From Chloroflexota bacterium (lineage in GTDB: Bacteria; Chloroflexota; Dehalococcoidia; Lucifugimonadales; UBA3495), in the NCBI GenBank assembly GCA_027623675.1, contig JAQBVF010000040.1, positions 1 to 16,269 on the forward strand: 16,269 bases of DNA. Direction: 5' to 3'. Positions within the stretch are counted from its first letter, which is position 1. Every line of letters begins with the position of its first letter. This document shows, in pieces, positions 10,494-16,269 of the stretch. The position numbers and the translations under genes were made by a program. The notes below the pieces were generated by a model that saw only the letters and a program-made list of their open reading frames with translations, made no database searches and was not told the origin of the DNA.

Positions 10494-11231
10494 ATGAGAC
10501 TCTTAGCCATCCTTCAAGCGTTCTTCAAGCTCTTTGGCCGGATGCTGCCCGGCCAGGTCAGCATGTCCCCCGCGGAGAAGACCTACGACTCCGGAGTGAG
10601 GATGCAGCGCCAGGGCCGGCTGGACGAAGCGGTGGCCCGTTACACCGACGCCATCCGCCAGGACCCCAAGCTGGTCCAGGCCTTCAGCAACCGAGGGTCC
10701 GCCTACCTCAACCTGGGAAAACCTGAGATGGCCATCGCCGATCTGGACGAGGCCATCAGGCTGGACCCGGCACTGGCCGTAGCCTACAGCATCCGGGGTC
10801 TGGCCCACACCAACCTGGCCGATTTCAAGACGGCCGTTAAAGACCTGAACGAAGCCGTGCGCCTGAATCCCAAGTTCGCCGACGCCTACAGCAGCCGCGG
10901 GTTCGCCCACCGGGCCGCCGGAAATCTGAAACGGGCAATCAGCGATTTCGACACCGCCATCCGCCTGGACGAGAAGTTCTCGGTGGCCTACAACAACCGG
11001 GCCGACGTATTCATCGAGATGGGAGAGCCGCGCAAGGCCATGCCCGACCTGGACCTGGCGATCAAGCTCGACCCCCGGTTCGCCGTGGCCTTCGCCAACC
11101 GGGCCTTCGCCTGGACACTGCTGAAGAACGACGGCCGGGCCGCCAGAGACGTCGAGACCGCGGTGAGGCTGGGAATCGACCGAGACCTGTTGGAAGCAAA
11201 AGTCGTGGAATTCCGGGCCAGAGCCCGGTAG
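10494..11231 (+). CDS. TPR protein (about 6 TPRs) with hydrophobic/amphipathic N-terminus, 245 aa
   Basis: Repeats AFSNRG, AYSIRG, AYSSRG, AYNNRA and AFANRA. The N-terminus reads MRLLAILQAFFKLFGRML. Confidence 0.9.
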   Translation: MRLLAILQAFFKLFGRMLPGQVSMSPAEKTYDSGVRMQRQGRLDEAVARYTDAIRQDPKLVQAFSNRGSAYLNLGKPEMAIADLDEAIRLDPALAVAYSIRGLAHTNLADFKTAVKDLNEAVRLNPKFADAYSSRGFAHRAAGNLKRAISDFDTAIRLDEKFSVAYNNRADVFIEMGEPRKAMPDLDLAIKLDPRFAVAFANRAFAWTLLKNDGRAARDVETAVRLGIDRDLLEAKVVEFRARAR

Positions 11232-11293
11232 CCGCGTCCCTATCATCAAACGCCTTCACCGTTCAATACTGTAAATCAAACGAGGCCGATGTC

Positions 11294-12535
11294 ATGCCCC
11301 GGTTTTCCATTAACGCACCCCGGATCAACCAAACACTGGACGAGCTGGGCCACCTGGGCGAAAGCCCCGATGGCATGGACCGTGTCGCCTATTCCCAGGA
11401 AGATATCGCCGGGCGCGAATACACCATTAAACTGATGCGGGAAGCCGGTCTAGAGACCCGCATCGACACGGCAGGCAACATAATCGGCCGCCGCTCCGGG
11501 TCCGATGACGACCTGCCCGCCATCGCGTTGGGTTCGCACACCGACACCGTGCCCAAGGGAGGCAAGTACGATGGCGCCCTCGGTGTCATGGCCGCCGTCG
11601 AGGTTGCGCGGACGCTGCAGGAGCATGGCCACCTAACCCGGCATCCCCTTGAAGTGATCAGCTTTACCAACGAAGAGGGCACCCGCTTCCACCGCTGGCT
11701 GGTGGGCAGCCGTTCCATGGCAGGCCTGCTGGAGCAGGAGGACCTGGAGGCCGTCGATGATGACGGCTTCGGCCTTGGCCCCTGCCTGGCCGACATCGGA
11801 GGCGACATCTCCCGCATCGATGAGGCGGTCCGCAAACCCGGCGAATTGGCCGCCTATCTGGAACTGCACATCGAACAGGGCCCGAACCTCTATCAGACCG
11901 GCACACCCATCGGGGTGGTCACCGGCATCACCGGCCGGGCGGTCTTCGAAGTGGAGATCGAGGGCAAGGCCAACCACGCCGGGACAACGCCCATGTCCAC
12001 CCGGCGCGATGCCCTGGTCAGCGCCTCCAAGCTCGTCCTGGCGGTCCAGAAGATGGCCGCCGAACAGGAGATCTGCCGGGTGTCCACCGTGGGTTCGATC
12101 AAGGCGGTCCCCAACGCCGTGAACGTCATCCCCGGCAACGCCAGCATCGGTCTGGAGTTCCGAGACACAGACATGGAGGCCCTGGCCGCCGCCGAGCAGG
12201 AACTGCGCCGAATCACCAACCAGGCCATCGCCGATGACGGCGTCGATATCCAGGTCCATCGTCAGCGCTTCACATCGTCAGTCCCGATCACGCCTGGGAT
12301 GCAGGCCCTAGTGGCCGAGGCGGCCGAGAACTGCGGCATGACCTGGGAGCCGGTCGCCAGCGGCGCGGGACACGACGCCCAAGCCATCGCGACCATCGCC
12401 CCAGTGGCCATGATCTTCGTGCCCAGCGTGGACGGCATCAGCCACGCCATCGAGGAATATTCCACGCCGGAAGACTGCGCCAACGGAACCCAAGCCCTGC
12501 TGGAACTGTTGCTGCTGGCCGACCAGCGTCTATAA
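11294..12535 (+). CDS. Zn-dependent M20 amidohydrolase (N-carbamoyl-L-amino acid hydrolase / allantoate amidohydrolase family), 413 aa
   Basis: Motifs GSHTDTVPKGGKYDGALGV, NEEG, ELHIEQGP, NHAGTTPM, SGAGHDA and GISH. Confidence 0.95.
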   Translation: MPRFSINAPRINQTLDELGHLGESPDGMDRVAYSQEDIAGREYTIKLMREAGLETRIDTAGNIIGRRSGSDDDLPAIALGSHTDTVPKGGKYDGALGVMAAVEVARTLQEHGHLTRHPLEVISFTNEEGTRFHRWLVGSRSMAGLLEQEDLEAVDDDGFGLGPCLADIGGDISRIDEAVRKPGELAAYLELHIEQGPNLYQTGTPIGVVTGITGRAVFEVEIEGKANHAGTTPMSTRRDALVSASKLVLAVQKMAAEQEICRVSTVGSIKAVPNAVNVIPGNASIGLEFRDTDMEALAAAEQELRRITNQAIADDGVDIQVHRQRFTSSVPITPGMQALVAEAAENCGMTWEPVASGAGHDAQAIATIAPVAMIFVPSVDGISHAIEEYSTPEDCANGTQALLELLLLADQRL

Positions 12536-12584
12536 GAAGCTGATGGGCGGCGGTTGCCATCTATCAGCATAATGAGGAATCTGG

Positions 12585-13019
12585 ATGAAATTATCTGGCT
12601 CTTATGAATTCAACGCCTCCCCGGAGAAGGTCTGGCAGAAGCTGACCGACCCCGCCTCCCTGTCCGCCTGCATCCCCGGCTGCGAGAAGATGGAGGCCGT
12701 GGGCAACGATGAATACCGGGCCACGGTCACCGTATCGATGGGACCCATCCGCAGCAAGTTCGGCGCCACGGTCAAGATGCTGGATCTGAACCCCCACGAA
12801 TCCTACCGGCTGATCATCGAAGGCAGCGGTCCGTCCGGGTTCGTGAAGGGTGAATCACAAGTCAAGCTGACCGCCAACGGTGGCGCGACCACGGTGGACG
12901 TCGACTCTGAGTCGTCATCTGGGGGCCTGCTGGCCAGGGTTGGGCAGCGCATGATCGAGAGCTTCGCCAGAGGCATGATGGACCGCTTCTTCACCTGCCT
13001 CCAGAAGTCAGTCAACTAG
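12585..13019 (+). CDS. coxG: CoxG (carbon monoxide dehydrogenase subunit G)-like SRPBCC protein, 144 aa
   Basis: Motifs VWQKLTDP..L..CIPGC and GLLARVGQRMI...MDRFF. GAGGA SD upstream. Confidence 0.85.
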   Translation: MKLSGSYEFNASPEKVWQKLTDPASLSACIPGCEKMEAVGNDEYRATVTVSMGPIRSKFGATVKMLDLNPHESYRLIIEGSGPSGFVKGESQVKLTANGGATTVDVDSESSSGGLLARVGQRMIESFARGMMDRFFTCLQKSVN

Positions 13020-13185
13020 CCGCCAAGCCCCGTTCCGCCGGCCGGTGCGATTGCGTCCAAATCTGGCCTCTGCTATCGTGTCCGCGAATAACGTATCCGG
13101 CAACTAGGCTGGTGCGCCTGACGCCAAATCAGGGGTCGAGAGCAAGAATACTGGCACAATTACGGGCACAACTACGGAGGAAAGC

Positions 13186-14103
13186 ATGGAGCGCCGAGTA
13201 CCGACAAAAGATGAAGTCCTGGCCTATCTGAAGGAAGACCGCAACTGGGGCCGTTGGGGCAACGACGACCAGATGGGCGCCATGAATATGATCACACCGG
13301 AGAAACGCCTGGCCGCCGCCGCCACGGTGAAGTCAGGCCGGGCCGTCTCCCTGAGCCGCGAGTTCCCCAAGACGCCGGCGCCCAACAACCCCACCCCGGC
13401 GCACCACTACATGAAGAAGGTGTTCCGCAGCGAAACCTCGGGGTTCTCCGCCGACTACTACGGCATCTCCTATCACGGCACCGCCACCACCCACCTGGAC
13501 GCCCTCTGCCACGTGTGGGATGAGAACGGCATGTGGAACGGCCGCACCCACGATGACACCGTCACCATGGACGGCGCGGTCTGGGGATCGGTGGAGCACT
13601 GGAAAGAGGGAATCATCACCAGGGGCGTGCTTTTAGACGTGCCCAAGTTCCGTGGGACCCCCTACGTGACCATGGACACCCCCGTCCACGGCTGGGAGTT
13701 GGAAGACATCGCCAAGTCCCAGGGGGTCACGATGCAGCCTGGCGACGCTCTGATCGTCTACAGCGGCCGCGAGAAGTGGAATGAGGACGGCAACAAGCTG
13801 TGGGGCGGCGACCCCAACGAGCGCCCCGGACTCCACGCCTCCTGCCTAAAGTTCATCCGGGAGTCTGACTGTTGCCTGCTGGTCTGGGACATGATGGACT
13901 TCACGCCCAACGGCTACGACCTGGCCTGGTCGGTGCACGGCTCCATCTTCGCCTACGGTATCGGCCTGCTCGACAATGCGCTGCTGCAACCCCTGGCCGA
14001 GGCCTGCGCCGAAGAGGGCCGCTACGAGTTCATGCTCACCGTCAATCCCCTGCGTGTGGTGGGCGGCACCGGTTCTCCGGTCAACCCGGTTGCCATCCTG
14101 TAA
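13186..14103 (+). CDS. Putative cyclase family metal-dependent hydrolase (kynurenine formamidase-like), 305 aa
   Basis: Motifs NWGRWG.DDQ.G, HGTATTHLDALCH (metal motif), TRGVLLD and C-terminal GGTGSPVNP. GGAGG SD upstream. Confidence 0.92.
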   Translation: MERRVPTKDEVLAYLKEDRNWGRWGNDDQMGAMNMITPEKRLAAAATVKSGRAVSLSREFPKTPAPNNPTPAHHYMKKVFRSETSGFSADYYGISYHGTATTHLDALCHVWDENGMWNGRTHDDTVTMDGAVWGSVEHWKEGIITRGVLLDVPKFRGTPYVTMDTPVHGWELEDIAKSQGVTMQPGDALIVYSGREKWNEDGNKLWGGDPNERPGLHASCLKFIRESDCCLLVWDMMDFTPNGYDLAWSVHGSIFAYGIGLLDNALLQPLAEACAEEGRYEFMLTVNPLRVVGGTGSPVNPVAIL

Positions 14104-14133
14104 ACGGCTGGTCAGCCACACGATCACCGGCGC

Positions 14134-14176
14134 AAAACAAGAAGGCCCGGCAGAGTTGAAACCCTGCCGGACCTTT
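14134..14176 (-). terminator. Rho-independent terminator between the convergent cyclase and tubulin-like genes
   Basis: Stem AAGGCCCGGCAG (14142-14153)/CTGCCGGACCTT (14164-14175), followed on the minus strand by CTTGTTTTG. Confidence 0.6.
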
Positions 14177-14260
14177 CGTCTCCTATCTCCGGAGACCGTA
14201 TCGCATGGCTCGCACATGGCTCATCGGTTGACCGCCACCTGAAGCCCGGTTCCCTCGATT

Positions 14261-15382
14261 CTAGATGATCGACGGCTCCACCAGACTGTCGCTGACCGTG
14301 TGGTGCCTGGAGGGCATGGAACCGTTAAGCTCTTGGACCCGCTTCCGCATCTGGTCCATCCGTGTGAAGTCGGTGATGCCAGAGACGATGGTGATGGCCG
14401 ACAGGTATTTGGTGCGGCGGTCCGGGAAGTCGCCGTAGCGCACCTTACCCACCGTGGTCAGGTCCTCCAACCGCGACTTGCCAACCGAGATGGCCTGGGT
14501 GAACAGGTGCTCGGGCCTGCCGTGGACGATGAGCGACGCCGCCCTGGCGCCGGAGACGTCTGCCGGGAACGTCAACGCCGGCTTGTCCACGCTTCGCTCG
14601 ATGATGCTCTCAAGCTCGCGGGTGCCGGGGTCCATCCCCGCCCGCCAGAATTGCGACTTGACCTTGATCTCCTCAGAGCAATAGCCGATGGTCGAGATAT
14701 CCCCGATCAGTCCCAGCGTGGCTTTGATCTCCGATGAACTGAACACTTCCTGGGGCGGAGGACGAATCTCGCCGGCGCTGAGGATGGTGGTCAGCGTCTG
14801 GGCCAGGTTCTCGTTGACCCTCTGGAACATCATTTCCACTGATTCACGGGTCACGTTGGGCTGCTCGAACTGTTGGTTGTCCACCAGCAGGATGTTGTTG
14901 AAGTAATGGCTCCATAGTTCAAAACTCTTGACCGTGTTTGACAGGTTCAGAGCCTCTTTGTCGCTGGGCATCCCGGCCACCGAAGGCACCACTCCGATGC
15001 CGTAGACCGGGATGTGCTTGTAGATCTTCTTCAGTTCGTTGGCCAGTACGAAACTGCCGCCGGCGCCCGTTCCGCCGCCCAGACCGGCGGCGATCCAGAT
15101 GGCTTCCGGGTCTTTTCTCCGGACCATGTCGTCGATGGAGTCCATCATCTGGGCCAGCGACTTCTCGGCGATGCTGGCGCCCAGGTCAATGTCCGAACCA
15201 ACCCCTCGGCCGCGGAGGGCGTATTTCCCGATCAGGACTTTGTGCCGGATATTCTGCAGCCCCGATAGGTCAGCCTCTTCCGTGTTGATGGCGATGGCGT
15301 TATAGAGGCGGCGGTTCATCCCCATCAGGGAATTCACTATCTTGCCCCCTGCCTGTCCGAAACCGATCCAAAGCACTCTCAT
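14261..15382 (-). CDS. cetZ: Tubulin/FtsZ-superfamily GTPase, CetZ-like, 373 aa
   Basis: Motifs IGFGQAGGKI (T1), AINT..ADL, VLIG....GRGVG.D..LG..IAE, GLGGGTGAGG (T4 signature), LKKIY..PVYGIG, DN, AGE, SSEI..TL, STIGY, LTFP, VRYGDFP and SGIT match haloarchaeal CetZ as I recall it. Start at ATG 15382, after GGAGG. Confidence 0.88.
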   Translation of the reverse strand: MRVLWIGFGQAGGKIVNSLMGMNRRLYNAIAINTEEADLSGLQNIRHKVLIGKYALRGRGVGSDIDLGASIAEKSLAQMMDSIDDMVRRKDPEAIWIAAGLGGGTGAGGSFVLANELKKIYKHIPVYGIGVVPSVAGMPSDKEALNLSNTVKSFELWSHYFNNILLVDNQQFEQPNVTRESVEMMFQRVNENLAQTLTTILSAGEIRPPPQEVFSSSEIKATLGLIGDISTIGYCSEEIKVKSQFWRAGMDPGTRELESIIERSVDKPALTFPADVSGARAASLIVHGRPEHLFTQAISVGKSRLEDLTTVGKVRYGDFPDRRTKYLSAITIVSGITDFTRMDQMRKRVQELNGSMPSRHHTVSDSLVEPSII

Positions 15383-15550
15383 ATCTTTCCCTACCTCCAG
15401 TGTTGGCCCCCGGCAAGCATCACCCTCCGGCAAGGCTTGCGGACCGCATATCCCGCTAAGATTCTCGAGTTGACGAATCCGGCGGCTGACACAGCCACCA
15501 GACCGGCGCGCCGCCTTGGCGTCAGAACGCCGCCGGGCCGCCGCACAGAT

Positions 15551-15602
15551 TCCGGACTATCAAGATCAACTCCGGACTAAAAAGACCAACTGAAAAGACC
15601 AA
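15551..15602. repeat. Imperfect 20-bp tandem repeat plus a partial third copy
   Basis: TCCGGACTATCAAGATCAAC and TCCGGACTAAAAAGACCAAC match at 17/20. AAAAGACCAA recurs at 15593-15602. Confidence 0.7.
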
Positions 15603-15614
15603 TGGTCGAGCAGT

Positions 15615-15848
15615 CTAATAATCCCGGTCGCCGTCGCCGATGGAATTCTTGAATTCCTTGCCCTCATGGCAGACCTGGCAAACGCCCCAACTAACGGGAC
15701 CGCGTGCCGTTTCGATAACCCAATGGTGCTGGCAAGCCGGCTTGGACTGCTCGGCCGGTCCTTCGGTTACCGCCGGCTCCCCCGGAACCTCTGGCGCTAG
15801 GACCGCCTGTGCCGCTCCGTCCTCCACCAAGTCTTTCTCGATCACCAT
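15615..15848 (-). CDS. Small hypothetical protein with putative Zn-binding CxHH...CxxC motif, 77 aa
   Basis: ATG 15848 follows a GGGAGG SD. An acidic/Pro-Ala-rich N-terminus precedes CQHHWVIETARGPVSWGVCQVC.EGKEFKNS. Confidence 0.8.
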   Translation of the reverse strand: MVIEKDLVEDGAAQAVLAPEVPGEPAVTEGPAEQSKPACQHHWVIETARGPVSWGVCQVCHEGKEFKNSIGDGDRDY

Positions 15849-15979
15849 GATCAACCTCCCCGGCGCAAAGGGCCTCTCGCCGGCACACTGGGCCAGGTTA
15901 GGCCCATCTAATGCTAGCGGCGTGTTGTTTGAAAAGGCCGGACCCGCCGGTATTCTTTTCCACCGCCATGTGCTTCCTG

Positions 15980-16050
15980 ACGTTACTTTTTAGTCGGCCT
16001 TTATGTCAACGAATATTAAAACTAATTTTAATCAATTTTTATACTTTACC
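15980..16050 (-). promoter_or_regulatory. Putative promoter with AT-rich UP-like element
   Basis: Minus strand TTGACA (16009-16004), 18-nt spacer, TAACGT (15985-15980). A very AT-rich tract at about 16012-16047 lies upstream. Confidence 0.45.
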
Positions 16051-16083
16051 CAAGAAAATGCCTTTCCAGGCGTGGTTAAAGCT

Positions 16084-16117
16084 AAATCAAAAGACCGGTA
16101 GCAACTGCTGCCGGTCT
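16084..16117 (-). terminator. Putative Rho-independent terminator (minus strand)
   Basis: Minus strand stem AGACCGGCAGCA-GT-TGCTACCGGTCT followed by TTTGATTT. Confidence 0.55.
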
Positions 16118-16180
16118 CATACTATGGGTTTACTTCCGCCGTTTTCTTAGATTTTTGTCAAGGGTTAATCGGAGTTAGGC

Positions 16181-16269
16181 CAGGGCAATCGCATCTCATA
16201 GGGATAACACCTTGAGAAGGTAGTCCTCATCCCAGCCGGCCCTCAATCTTCTGGCCTTGACCCCACCTT
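16181..16269 (-). mobile_element. End of an ISAs1-family insertion sequence (transposase 3' side)
   Basis: Terminal IR CAGGGCAATCGCATC (16181-16195), i.e. ...GATGCGATTGCCCTG on the minus strand, directly after the transposase stop codon. Confidence 0.8.
16196..16267 (-). CDS. C-terminal fragment of an ISAs1-family transposase (truncated by the window edge)
   Basis: The minus frame reads GGVKARRLRAGWDEDYLLKVLSL*, matching the ISAs1 C-terminal pattern K.KRL.AGWD..YL.KVL. Confidence 0.8.
   Translation of the reverse strand, partial: GGVKARRLRAGWDEDYLLKVLSL

Noticed and set aside
2512..14217. Many long antisense or alternative-frame ORFs (e.g. 2512-3333, 4359-4964, 10503-11249, 11633-12259)
   Set aside because: They are shadow ORFs of GC-rich coding genes, each overlapping a well-supported CDS.
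14261..15433. Canonical ftsZ call and upstream start at 15433
   Set aside because: T1/T7 motifs and C-terminus are not FtsZ-type and there is no dcw context. ATG 15382 has an SD and matches the family N-terminus.
15551..15602. CRISPR array
   Set aside because: Only 2-3 adjacent degenerate units, with no spacers and no cas genes.
15911..16150. 79-aa + strand ORF
   Set aside because: It spans AT-rich promoter/terminator DNA and has no SD or recognisable motif.
16156..16161. TTGACA on the minus strand as a promoter -35
   Set aside because: There is no -10-like hexamer at 16-18 nt spacing.

Overview
Bacterial chromosomal window with GC-rich coding DNA. The host is inferred to be Chloroflexota, Dehalococcoidia/SAR202-like; this is not verified. 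Left to right it holds: (1) the 5' ~2 kb of a minus-strand 23S rRNA gene with its own sigma70 promoter, no linked 16S, and a ~130-nt structured insertion in helix 45; (2) catabolic enzyme genes: PaaG-type crotonase, MOSC protein, MmgE/PrpD, DAO-family FAD oxidoreductase, M20 N-carbamoyl amidohydrolase, orphan CoxG and a cyclase/formamidase; (3) four related TPR-only proteins, two of them lipoproteins, interrupted by a DUF433/DUF5615 toxin-antitoxin pair and the oxidoreductase; (4) a tubulin-superfamily GTPase that resembles archaeal CetZ along its whole length rather than bacterial FtsZ, preceded by a small CxHH...CxxC protein; (5) the end of an ISAs1-family IS at the right edge. The CetZ-like gene is the most interesting element. 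All family assignments come from motif recognition by eye, not database searches.
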